DNA of 64,000 nt from assembly GCA_951406725.2 (NCBI GenBank), contig OX597819.1, forward strand, positions 107,818,001 to 107,882,000. The letters are read 5' to 3'. The first letter of the stretch is position 1. Each line of letters begins with the position of its first letter. Origin of the DNA: Octopus vulgaris (lineage: Eukaryota). The notes below the pieces were generated by a model that saw only the letters and a list, made by a program, of their open reading frames with translations, ran no database searches and was not told the DNA's origin. Below are positions 44,901 to 57,539 of the stretch, one piece after another. A program made the position numbers and the translations under genes.

Positions 44901-46599
44901 ATGAAATCAGCCTTTTTAGGTCCTTTGAAATTTAAAACTATAAAATTAATATTTTTTAACTCTAAGCAAAAAAACTATTGTTTTGGAGTTCTAAAGCCCG
45001 CAAAAAGACCCAAAAAGCTGATTTTATAGTTTTGGCACTTTTTAACCCTTTATTGTTTAAATCGGCCAATTAGCTGTATCTAATTCTTTTACGAAATCTT
45101 TTTAAAAACTAAACAAATTACGAAAGAATAAAATTCTCGTAGCTTTGAGATAATGTGAGGGGTTTTCTTCCAGAAAACACAGAACTGAGAAAAAAGCAAA
45201 ATTAACTGAGATGGATGTCAACAGAGAAAATATTGATTTCCATAAAGTGGGAAAAATGAATGGAAGGAAAAAAGTTGGTAAATATTTCAGTGTGAATTGT
45301 TGTAACGTGGTATCAGGGCATGCTAGAAATAGCAGTCAAGTCTTTCCTTTTCTGGAAAAAAGGAGCCGTTTCCGCGTGATTTCGATGTCACGTTCGTTGA
45401 AAACATGCAAAATAACCTAGAAAAGAAAGAACCCCGCAAAACAAAACACTCTTGGTGAGAAACTTCGAGGTCCCCACTACCCCTCCCATCTTTCTTTCTG
45501 GAAAAAAGTGGCTTGCGGCGGATTTGGAGGTCAGATACTTTGAATGCACCCGAAAAAAATTGTGGGAAAAATTATTCCACAAAGAATAAAATCTTGTACC
45601 GATTATACCTGTATATTAATTAATTCAAATTAATGTACCTCATCTTGAAAAGTGGCAAAATTTTTGTCAGTTGCCATCTGGGATAATTTTAGTAACAAAT
45701 CAAACAAGTGAGATACATTAAGAATTTCAGTTTTAGTGTTTATCCATAATGTTATCGCTTTTACACCCGTTAATTAAATTTGCCTGCCCATAAAAGTCAA
45801 ATTTATTCAGCAAGATCAGGCAAAATTACATAACAATAAACCAGTGATGTATAAAGCACCCACTGACAAAATTTAAATTCTGTATGTAAAAAATTTACAA
45901 AGTTACAAGCAAATATTGTGGACACCCCTCTTGAACCTGAATAATTCAAAATAACGTGAACATGCATTCTACTTAATATGAATACTAAAGATGTTTTGAA
46001 TCTTTTTTTTTCTTACACACACACATAACACGACCTCGCTTGGTTGGGTCTACGTGAGTGTTACTTTGACATCATCATTCCATAAAATTTCTTTATGAAA
46101 AGAAAAATATTGAAAAATATCAATAGATGTGTGAGTGAAAAAGAAACGGGGAGGAAGGTTTGGGGATACGCTAGAAACAACAGCCAGATCTTCCTTATGT
46201 GGGACATGATCCGAAACTCCGTTTTGCAGAGCCCCCCCCCTCCCCCGCTTCCTTCCCAAAAATTTTGCCTACAAATTTCTTTGTAATCGTAATCTACACC
46301 GTTTGAAAGGTATTTGTATAAACTTTCATTAAAAAATATCTATTTTCCAGAAAGTAATGAGAGGAAAATTTTGGGTCTCTTTGAATTTTCCGAAACCCCT
46401 CTCCCCAGCCCCTCGGAAATTTTTTTCCAATAAATCTTTACGTACACTCAATCTACAGGATATAAGCAATTATTTGATAAAAGTTTCGTTAAAAAGTATC
46501 CATTTTTCTGGAAGTTATATATATGTGTGTGTGTGTATGTATGTATATATGTATGTATCTATGTATCTATGTATCTGTGCGTGTGTGTGTGCGTGTGCA

Positions 46600-46630
<31 letters not shown>

Positions 46631-47099
46631 GTGTGTGTGTGTACGTGTGCGTGTGCGTGTGTGTGCGTGTGCGTGTGTGTGTGTGTATGTGTGTGTAAGT
46701 GTGTATAAATAATAACTGATATATGTTGGTAGCAAACACCCTTTACCATTTTCTTATTAAATGCCGAGGCTTGTATCCGTTAAGATGGAAATGTATAATT
46801 CCACGTTCAGCCTTGCTAATCTTCATGCTTATATATAGTGTTTTAAAGTCTTACAGATTTGTAATTTCTAAAATTTATAAATCTTCATGGTATTAATTTT
46901 TCAGCTAATGCGTTGGGATTTTCTTTTTTTTCTTCAGAACATAAATTGAATTATCCTTTGTGCATTCTACGTGATGTCCCAACTTCTATAATTGAATGCT
47001 GTATCACCTTGAAATTTTACCCTACCATCATAAAAATACTATAGTATATTGATATAGGAAGTAAAAGCTATAGACGTCACTCTCAAGCTAGTATGTATG

Positions 47100-47295
47100 T
47101 CTATGTTTGTACCCCCACCTTCACTTGACTACCGATGTTGCTGGGTTTACGTCCTCATAACTTAGTCGTTTGCAAAACACACCGGTAGAATAAGTACTAT
47201 GCTTACAAAGAATAAATCATGTTGTCAATTTCTGTGACTAAAGGTGGTGCTCCGGCATGGCTGCAATCACATGACCGAAGCAAGTAAAACAATAA
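47100..47295 (+). mobile_element. SINE family B tail, diverged
   Basis: AGAATAAGTACT..GCTTACAAAGAATAA...GGTGGTGCTCCGGCATGGC. Confidence 0.65.
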
Positions 47296-47351
47296 AAAGC
47301 TATTCCATTTTAATGCCGAGCGACGCCGTGCATCTCTTTCTCTCTCTCTCC

Positions 47352-47409
<58 letters not shown>

Positions 47410-47453
47410 GTGTGTATATGTGCGCGCTTGTGTGCGTGTATATATATATGTGT

Positions 47454-47505
<52 letters not shown>

Positions 47506-48539
47506 ATGTATGTATGTATATATATATATATAGTGGGTGTAATTTTATGTTTAATCTGTAAGCAGAAGGAAGATGGTAGCATTAACTCACATAAATTAAA
47601 CTTGACGGAAAATGACGTTTAATAATATCCTGGATTGGCGTTGGTGTTTGTCGCTTTGGAGTTTTGTAAAGAACTCGTTAATTAGTTGGTTAGCAACAAG
47701 CTCCCGTGGAAAAAATAATCATTCAAGAAAGATGTGCACCATATTTTCTACCGCTGATAACAAAATGTTGCTCAACGTTGTATACTACTAGACTTTGCAG
47801 AGGGTCAAAGTTGGTAACAAAAACAGGACAGTGTAAACAAACAGGAAGGGCTGTGAAGCTAGAACGATGTGAGTTGGTGAACGGGGAAGAAACAAGCTCT
47901 GGCAGGAGACAGACAAGAATGCAACTTATCTCTGCAGCTGATCAGAAAGAAAGAAAGAAATTCAAGTGAGGAAAAGAAATATGGCCGATGGTCACGTGCG
48001 AGCAATGAGAGAGTAAAGGCAGAAGAGTGAGGGAGAGAGAGGGACAGACAGAGAATGAGAAAGGAAGAGAGAGGAAAAGAAAGGGGAGAGGGAAAGATAA
48101 ACAGAAAGTGATAGAATAAGTGTCGCATTGAAATTACTAAGATAAAACGTTTTTGGAGATGGATGCGTAGCATTCAACCATATAATAGTATAAATGATAT
48201 ATAAATATAATGTATTTTGAAATAATAGCATGAAATTTAATATCAAAAAAATTCCTCACAAAGGTATGTGTCTAAAATAGTATTGTATTAAAAATATATG
48301 TAAATATATGAAATATGACAGTTTAAAATTTTAGTAATTAATGTATCTTACGATTGTTTCACGAAAGTTTTGTCATTATAATGGAATCCATTGATAAACA
48401 ATACTTCCGCTCGTCAGAGATGGAGAAAGTAAAGTTTGTATAATATATCAAATGTTATTTTAAAAATCAGAAAAATATATGAAGAAGTATTTTTGAAAAA
48501 TAAAATTTACTGGTTTTGATTTAACTAGGTAGACTTTGG

Positions 48540-49228
48540 TATGAAAATGCCATTTTTAAATTGAAGAGACTGAACGATATAGGGATCCAGTGCTTCTGTC
48601 TTACCTTGCAATTGCTTTGCTATTTTTATAAGGTTGACAGACGTTCAATTGTCAGGCCCAACTCCTCCTTCTCTTCTTCTGGATCTGGTGCTTCCTCCAC
48701 CTCTTCGCTGACAGACTTAGTTAACTCCAACAAATCTTCGCCTGTTAGGGTTTCAGATTAGGCATCAATGAGGTAGTTGATCTCATCTTGTGTGATGTCA
48801 TCAAGACCTTCGCCACCAAGTACCTTTGTCAGTTTTACTTCATTGTTGACAGCCTTATGCTGAATGTCTTCAGGTGAGAAGCCCTCATAGTCCTGGACAC
48901 ACTCTGGCCACATCTTCTTCCAGCATGCGATGAGGGTTTCTTTTTTAATGTCTTTAAGAGCAGCGTGGATGACTGACAAGTACATTGCAATCGTGAATTT
49001 ATGCCAGTACTCCTTTAACTTGAAATTCTTGTCTGAATCTATTGCATCCACAAGGTTTTGGAGAGAGTTCCACATGTAAAGTGCCTAGAAGGCAAGGATC
49101 ATGTCTTAATTCATAGGCTGAATGGGATGGTGTTAGCAGGAAGGAACTCGACTTGGACTCCCTTGTGATTCAAATCCAAAGAGTGACCACAAGCATTATC
49201 TATAACAAGCAAGACCTTGAATTCCATG
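48540..49228 (-). mobile_element. Decayed pogo/Tigger transposase fragment
   Basis: KVLLVIDNACGH, VEFLPANT, IQPM, then LKEYWHKFTI...LIACWKKMWP in ORF 48758..49075. Confidence 0.8.
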
Positions 49229-49319
49229 AGACGAAGAGGCCTTTCTTTTTTCCGCCGAAACTACACCTGATTATATATACACTTTAGATAAGTTGTAGTG
49301 CACCTGAGCACTGTACACA

Positions 49320-49384
<65 letters not shown>

Positions 49385-49450
49385 TTAAAAACTTCGCAGT
49401 TCACCGCTTTTTTTCTTCGGACTGATTCATTCTCACACACACATACACGC

Positions 49451-49501
<51 letters not shown>

Positions 49502-49729
49502 CCTTAAATAATAAAGCAGCAAGGTCGAGTCAATGAAATCGCTACCGTGTACAACGCAAAATGAGAGGAGGGTATACGTATGTACCGAGGTAAAGACGGA
49601 TTTATATTCCAGATGCATGTACGATCACAAGTGTTTTTCTTTTTTTTTTTCGCATGGGCTAATAACTCTATTCATCAATAAAAAGCGCGTCTGAAACAGG
49701 TGTGGTGAGTGAACGACTATCCATCTATT

Positions 49730-49793
<64 letters not shown>

Positions 49794-49794
<1 letters not shown>

Positions 49795-50350
49795 GAGCAA
49801 AACGCCCCCACCAATGGACGGTACTGAATCATATCTGCTGAATAAAAAGCAATCAGTGTTTTCTTTTCATTTAAAAAAATAATTAAGCATGTCTTTATTG
49901 CAATAAATTTTTGGGTTTTGTTAAACGAAGTTAAGGCAAAAAAAAAATCTTCTTGAGAAACCAAATAGTCTTTCCTTCCTTCATGCTAAGTTTGAAGAAA
50001 ATATTTCTTTTGCATCTTACTTTTTTGGTCTCTTAAATATACTGCATTTTGTGTCATTATTTCAAGCCAGCCGGCTTTTTTTTTTTTTGCGCAAACTGCA
50101 CGTGCATTTTTCTCGCATACGCGTAGTATCGATCGCAACAGCTGATGTACTTGCGCGTACAAATGCACGTTCCCACGGCTTTATCGATCGCATTCTCACC
50201 TGGAATCGATTTTTGTAATTTTTTCAAAACTTATACACGCCCTGATACCGTCGGTATCTACATATCAAATTTGAGCGCAATCGGATAGAGGATGCCCGAG
50301 ATCCTAGAAGGCACACACACAGACAGACAGAACGAATTTTATATAATAGA
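49794..50350 (-). mobile_element. Non-autonomous Helitron-like element
   Basis: Minus 5' TCTATTATATAAAA then (TCTG)n; decayed 3' CTAG (CTCG); inserted in (TA)n. Confidence 0.55.
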
Positions 50351-51080
50351 TATATGTATGCATGTGAGGTGTTACTTATAGTAATAACCCTTGCTGTAAT
50401 AATGTATTTTATATTTGAGGAAAAAAATTATATACTTGTATTAATTTTTTCCTCAATCGGTTTTCCACGCTGGCTTCTTGATAAATCTTATATAGATTTT
50501 ATCCTTATACTTTATATATATCAGAAGCGTGCGGTCCATCGAAGCAAGGGAAGCAACGTTTCCCTTTAAAATTATAGAAACAAAATCGAAACTACATTTC
50601 TTATTTTTCATAAGATCGTTCTTTTAATGTTCTGTATAATTACTATAAACTACATGACATCATAGGCTTCAGACTTTTATTGTCGGAATTAGCATGAGAC
50701 GACACGCAGTGGCAGACGACACGCAGTGACAGACGCCACAAAAAAAATCTGTGCAAGAGAACCAACACGAGCTGTTGCATCCTCTCCGCTGTAATATTTT
50801 AACATTTTTTCCGATAAAAATGCCACCAAGACAATTTTTTTCTAGTAAGAGCTGATAACGAATAGTCTTAGATGCTAATAAATACTTATACGCTTAGATT
50901 AAGTTTCTATCAATTCGTAATACCTATAATATATATAATCTTACGTTGTTATGTAGCACTTACATTGGAAATGGAAGCAAGTTGACATTCTACTTCCATC
51001 AGGAAAACAGTGTAAAGATAACGCGCGTGGTTTTCTTGGTTTATTCAACTATTTCATACTTTTTCAGAACACCCTTAATA

Positions 51081-52323
51081 TTTGGTTGTCCGGAAAGTTT
51101 GTGATCTTTTATAGTAGCTTACCTTTTGACTTATTTTAGAAAATAGATGGGTTCATAAAATAGGATTTTACTACACATCCATTTAGAGCACAGTTTAAGC
51201 TATCTTTTCGTTGAAGAAGGTTTATGTTCCTATAACCTGTGTTAATTCTGTAACCCTTTAAAATGGAAGATAAGAAAGTTCATTTTCGGCACTTGATGCT
51301 TTTCTTTTCCTGTAAAGGGAAAAATGCCTCACAAGCAACCAAAGAAATATGCGCAGTTTACGGTGATGTTTCTTTATCCGAAAGAACTGTACGGAAGGTT
51401 CCGAGCTGGAGATTGTAGCCTTATTGATAAAGAGCGATCAGGCAGACCATCCACTACAGATGATGACCAAATCAGGTCATTAACTCAGAATAGCCCACAT
51501 TGCACAACCCGGGAATTGTCAGAGCCTCAACCTATCAAAATCCGTCGTTCATGAGTACCTGGTAAAGCTTGGGTACGCAAATCGCTACGATGTTTGGGTG
51601 CCACATGAGTTGAGTGAGAAAAACCTTTTGGGTCGCATCTGTGATTCGCTTTATAAACGGAATGAAAACGCCCCTTTTTTAAAGCAAATTGTGACAGGTG
51701 ATGAGAAATGGATTATCTACCGAAATGTTCAGAGAAAGCGATCCTGGAATAAGCGATATGGGCCACCCTTAGCCATCCCAAAAGCGGGTCTTCAACCTAA
51801 AAATGTCTTGCTCTGTGCCTGGTGGGATTGGAAAGGAATTCTGTACTATGAGCTTCTCCCAAGTAACCAGACAATTAACTCTGAGAAATACTGCACACAA
51901 TTGGACGAGTTAAAAGCAGCAATTCGATAGAAACGTCCAGAATTGGCCAACATGAAGGGTGTTGTTTTCCAACATGATAATGCAAGACCGCATGTTTCTT
52001 CGGGAACCAGACAAAAATTGCCGCAGCTCGGTTGGGATATGTTACCTCACCCTCCATATTCACCAGATATTGCTCCTTCGGATTTCCACTTATTCAGGTC
52101 TCTGCAGAATAGTCTTAATGGTAAAAATTTCAATTCCTTGGATGAATTCTTTGCCCTGAAACCACCTCAATTCTGGGAAGAGAGTATTTTCAAGTTAAAG
52201 GAAAGATGGAGACGCTTTGTGCAACAAGAAGATTCATATTTGGTTGATTAAAAATGTAATGGCAAGTATTTATTGACCTTTTTCTTTCCTATAAAATCAG
52301 CACGAACTTTCCGGACAACCCAA
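51081..52323 (+). mobile_element. Full-length defective mariner (second family)
   Basis: TIR TTGGTTGTCCGGAAAGT versus ACTTTCCGGACAACCCAA; WVPHEL, IVTGDEKW, HDNARPH, YSPDIAPSDFHLF; frameshifts and a stop. Confidence 0.95.
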
Positions 52324-52419
52324 CATAAAATGCGATTTTTTTTATTTCAAAAATAGCTGTATAATACGAACATGTCACTTTGATTCAAATATCTACGTGA
52401 CAGAAGATTTTGGCCATGG

Positions 52420-52938
52420 GTGCGTGCTGAGAAGTTGGCTTTCCAGCCACATAGTTCAGGGTTCAGCCCCACTACGTGGCGCTCTTGGGCAAGTGTCTTC
52501 TACTATAGCCCCGGAAGCGGATTTAGTGAACGGAAACTGAAAGGAGACCGCGGTACGTATACAACTTTTATTTGTTTATTTGTTTCAGACATTTGATTGC
52601 GGCCATGCTGAAACACCACCTTTAGTCGAAGAAATTGACCCACGACTTATTCTTTGTAAGCCTAGGACTTATTTTATCGGTCTGTTTTACCGAACCGCTA
52701 AGTTACGGGGACATAAACGCACCAACATCAGTTGTCAAACGATGGTGGGGGATAAACACACACATACACACATATATACAGGAGTGGCTGTGTGGTAAGA
52801 AGCTTGCTTACCAACCACATGGTTCCGGGTTCAGTCCCACTGCGTGGCACCTTGGGCAATTGTCTTCTACTCTAGCCTCGGGCCGACCAAAGCCTTGTGA
52901 GTGGATTTGGTAGACGAAACTGAAAGAAGCCCGTCGTA

Positions 52939-52972
<34 letters not shown>

Positions 52973-53365
52973 CGTATATATGTGTGTGTGTTTATGTGTT
53001 TGTGTTTGTCCCCCCAACATCGCTTGACAACCGATGCTGGTATGTTTACGTTCCCGTAACTTAGCGGTTCGATAAAAAAGACCGATAAAAAATACTACAC
53101 TTACAAAGAATAAGTCCTGGAGTCGATTTGTTCGACTAAAGGCGGTGCTCCAGCATGGCCGCAGTCAAATGACTGAAACAAATAAAAGAATAAAAGAATA
53201 AGAGAATATATATATGACGGGCTTCTTGCAGTTTCCGTCAACCAAGTCCACTCACAAGGCTTTGGTTGGCTCGAAGCTATAGTATGACACTTGCCCAAGG
53301 TGCCACGGAATGGGACTGAACCCGGAACCATGTGGTTGGGACGCAAGCTACTTACCACACAGCCA
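52420..53365. mobile_element. Cluster of family B SINEs: a + copy (52778-53205) nested inside a - copy (tail 52570-52775, head 53212-53365)
   Basis: Each segment matches the head or tail of 37285-37698. Confidence 0.8.
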
Positions 53366-53701
53366 ATGTATATATCTCTACTGTTTGCGTTTGTCCCCTA
53401 CCACAGCCTAACAACCGGTGTTGGTTTGTCTTTGGTTTCTAACTGTTTAAGAAAATGGACTATCACTACATATATTCATATGTATATCTACTCAGAGTAG
53501 ATAAAACAGGGGGCAACAGATGAAAGGAATGTTGTTTATGTTGCCTGTCTCGTATCTCTATTTCTTCCATTCGTTGTTCAAAAAAAGTTCGTTTTCCATG
53601 TTTTTGTTTTTTGTGTTCTCGTTTCTCATTTTGTTCACGTTTTTTTTACGTCCTGTACCCATATATGCATGTATATATACATATATATGTAGGAATGTAC
53701 A

Positions 53702-53752
<51 letters not shown>

Positions 53753-53786
53753 TATACATATATATATACATATATATACATACATA

Positions 53787-55044
53787 CGAGGGGCGTTCAA
53801 TAAGTAATGCCCCTGACCCACTTCCCATAGCAGTAGAGCAACGAAACTTGGCACAGTTATTAGTCTTTTCCTACATAGGAACTACCCAGAGTTATGCATT
53901 TCTCCCATCGTTTGATACAGCTCTGGAGACCGTTTTTGTAGAAGACCCCAGCTTGGTCTTCCAACCACGACGTGACTTCAGAAATCAAGGCTGCATCATC
54001 TGGGAAACGCTTTCCTTTCAAAATCAACTTCATGGCTGGGAAGAGGTGAAAATCAGAGGGTGCAAGGGGAGGAGTTCATAGCTGCACGCCTGTGCTTCTG
54101 ATTTGGCGACAAGCGAGTTGTGGACCGGAGCGTTGTCCTGCAGGAGGAGGATGCCTTTGCTGATCTTGCCCCGCCTCTTGATTTTGATAGCTTCTCTTAA
54201 TTTCCTCAAAAGTGAAGCATAATAGGCTCCTGTAATTGTGGTACCCTTTGCCAGGAAATCTGTCATCACTACTCCGTCCTGGTCCCAGAAGACTGTGAGC
54301 ATAACCTTGTCAGCGGAGGGCTGCACCCTTGCCTTCTTTGGAGGAGGTGAGTCACGGGGCTTTCACTGCATTGACTGGGCTTTGGTCTGTGGATCATAGT
54401 GATGGACCCAGGTTTTATCCTGTGTGGTCAGTCTTTTGAAAAATTTTGACTCATCTTCTTGGCACATCTCCAAATTCATCCTCGAGCACTCAACGCGTTC
54501 TTGCTTCTGGAAAGGTGTGAGCAACCTGAAAATCCATCTGGCAGACACCTTTTTCATATGCAAATAGTCATGAATGATAGTTTCCACAGACCCGGTACTA
54601 ATCTTGACCTTATGGGCTATTTGGCGAATAGTTATGCGTTGACCTTCCAAAATGGCAGCCTCAACTTGACGGACAGACGTCTCATCAACGGCAGAAGGGG
54701 GCGACCAGATCTGGGAGCTGTTTCCACAGAGTTCCGACTATGTTGGAATTCACAATGCCAGCGTTTTACAAGGTCATATGATTGGGCATCATCACCATAA
54801 GTTACTTTCATTTCATCAAAAGTCTCCCGTGTGTGCGTCCTTTCAAATACAAAAACCAGATCACTGCTCGACACTCAACAGGCTCCATTTCACACTTGAC
54901 TCAGTTCAAACACCTGTAAATCAGAAACCACAATTAGTTCAGAGCTGTAATTCGACACTTAATCTATAGAGGTATAAATAAGTGCACATGCTAGATCAAA
55001 CAACTGCAAGTGGGTCAGGGGCATTACTTATTGAACGCCCCTCG
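53787..55044 (-). mobile_element. Full-length defective mariner, copy 2 (near identical to 41089-42361)
   Basis: Same TIRs, TA flanks and shared lesions. Confidence 0.95.
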
Positions 55045-55047
55045 TAT

Positions 55048-55120
<73 letters not shown>

Positions 55121-55239
55121 TATATACACACATATATACACACACACACATACATATGTATATTTATATATACATACACACATGCATATGTATATGTATA
55201 TATACACATACATCTGTATGTATATGTACAATAATATAT

Positions 55240-55448
55240 ATACTCTTTTACTTGTTTCAGTCATTTGACTGCAGCCATGCTGGAACACGGTCTTTAGTCG
55301 AACAAATCGACCACGGGACTTATTCTTTCTAAGCATGGTACTTACTCTATAGGTCTGTTTTGCTGAACTGCTAAGTTACGGGGACACAAACACACCAGCA
55401 TCGGTTTCAAGCCTGGTGCGGGAACAAGCACAGACACACAAACACATC

Positions 55449-55493
<45 letters not shown>

Positions 55494-55616
55494 ATAATTA
55501 TTGTTACAATCATATATAAAACTTCTTGTTTTACCGAATATGGTTCCTTTTCATACCGAAACTACTTGGTGAAATTTATTAATTATAAATTAATAATTTT
55601 TTACCCTATATCTATA

Positions 55617-55691
<75 letters not shown>

Positions 55692-55835
55692 ACGGGCTTC
55701 TTCCAATTTCCGTCTACCAACTCCACTCACAATGCTTTGGTCGACCCGATGCTGTAGTGGAAGGTAGCACACAGTGAAAGTTAACCCGGAGCCATGTAGT
55801 TGAGAAGCAAGCTTCTTACCACACAGCCACTCCCT
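55240..55835 (-). mobile_element. SINE family B with an expanded internal microsatellite and insert
   Basis: Tail at 55240-55445, head at 55690-55835. Confidence 0.75.
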
Positions 55836-56319
55836 TTGTGGTGGGGGTTACTAGGAAAGGGTTGACAGTCACTTCGAAGTTTCGGCGGCGTAATCTTCAT
55901 CGATAAAGGCTATATAGCCGAAACTTCCAAGTGGTAGTCAAACTTCTTCTCGTAAAAAATATAAATGCGTTACTGTGCTGAAAACTATCGAGTTATGCTT
56001 CAATTTAATGTTTGGCTGTTTTATATACGATTATATTTTAATTCATTTGTTTATAAACATACATACATACATACATACATACATACATACATACATACAT
56101 ACATACATACATACATACGTACGTACGTACGTACGTACATACATACATACATACATAAGAGGGAGAAAGGGAGAAATGTGAAGAGGTAAGAGAAGAGAGA
56201 GTGTGATAGGCGGAGAGATAGAAGAGAGAGAGTGATGTGTGCGTATGTGCGTGTGTGTGTGTGTCTCTCTCTCTCTCTCTCTCTCTGTCTGTGTGTGTGT
56301 CTGTGTATGTGTGTGTGTG

Positions 56320-56376
<57 letters not shown>

Positions 56377-56904
56377 TTGCGCATAAAACACACACGTCAC
56401 TATCCATATAGTCGTCTGTTTATTAGAAGCAAAATCATCCTACGGTAATTTTTGTGTGTGGACAATATATTTTAAAGGCTTCTCAAATTTTTATTTACCT
56501 TCTGCTATAAATTGTGTTATTTTGTTTCTTTTTCCTCTTTGTTATTCATCAAAGTTTACTTTGAACGCAAATTTGTTCTGTTTTCCCCCCTTTTGCAAAA
56601 TTTTCAGAAAATTCATGTAAAATAAATATTTATGGATGAATTAACTGCCAAGATTTTCCTACGTAAAGTGACACTAAGCACCAGTTTGTGAAAGAAATAA
56701 TAAAGGCCAATTGTGTCATTTTTGTGTATGTGTCCCAAATTAATGTTTGAAATGTTTAAAATAGATATGTTTACACAAAACATTCAATATAAATTTGAAA
56801 TTGTTATGGGTTTTTATCTGATCAACTTAAGCCATTTTCAACGAGGTAAATTTTATTGTTCAAACTTTACTTTATGTAGATAGATAAATAGATAGATAGG
56901 TGGC

Positions 56905-56993
<89 letters not shown>

Positions 56994-57000
56994 GTATAAG

Positions 57001-57036
<36 letters not shown>

Positions 57037-57086
57037 AATGTATGCATATATGTATGAATATATATTTTATATACACACACATATAT

Positions 57087-57417
57087 AGGGTAAAGACCCC
57101 CTTCGGTCATGAATGACCATGGGATTGCACCTAGAAAGCTACCTTCCTAGATACAAGTCCGGGCAAGGTTGTTTATGGAAGGCCAGCAGTCGCCCATGCA
57201 TACCAGCCTCCCCTCTCCACGCCACCAGTGTTATCCAAGGGAAAGACAAAGGTCGATACAGCTTGGCACCAGTGACGTCGCAACTCATTTCTACAGCTGA
57301 GTGAACTGGAGCAACGTGAAATAAAGTGCCTTGCTCGAGAACACAACACGCAGCCCGGTCCGGGATTCGAGCTCACAACCTCACGATCGTAAGCTCGACG
57401 CTCTAACCACTGAGTCA
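57087..57417 (-). mobile_element. SINE family C, long copy
   Basis: Minus GACTCAGTGGTTAGAGCG...GAGCTCGAATCCCGG tRNA-like head with A and B boxes. Confidence 0.85.
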
Positions 57418-57441
57418 TATAGACATACATATATACATATA

Positions 57442-57531
<90 letters not shown>

Positions 57532-57539
57532 GTAACAGA

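Noticed and set aside
50697-50742. 16-bp tandem repeat (AGACGACACGCAGTG.C) as a CRISPR-like array
   Set aside because: Fewer than three units, no spacers, eukaryotic context
57345-57417. tRNA gene
   Set aside because: The tRNA-like sequence is a SINE head continuing into the SINE body
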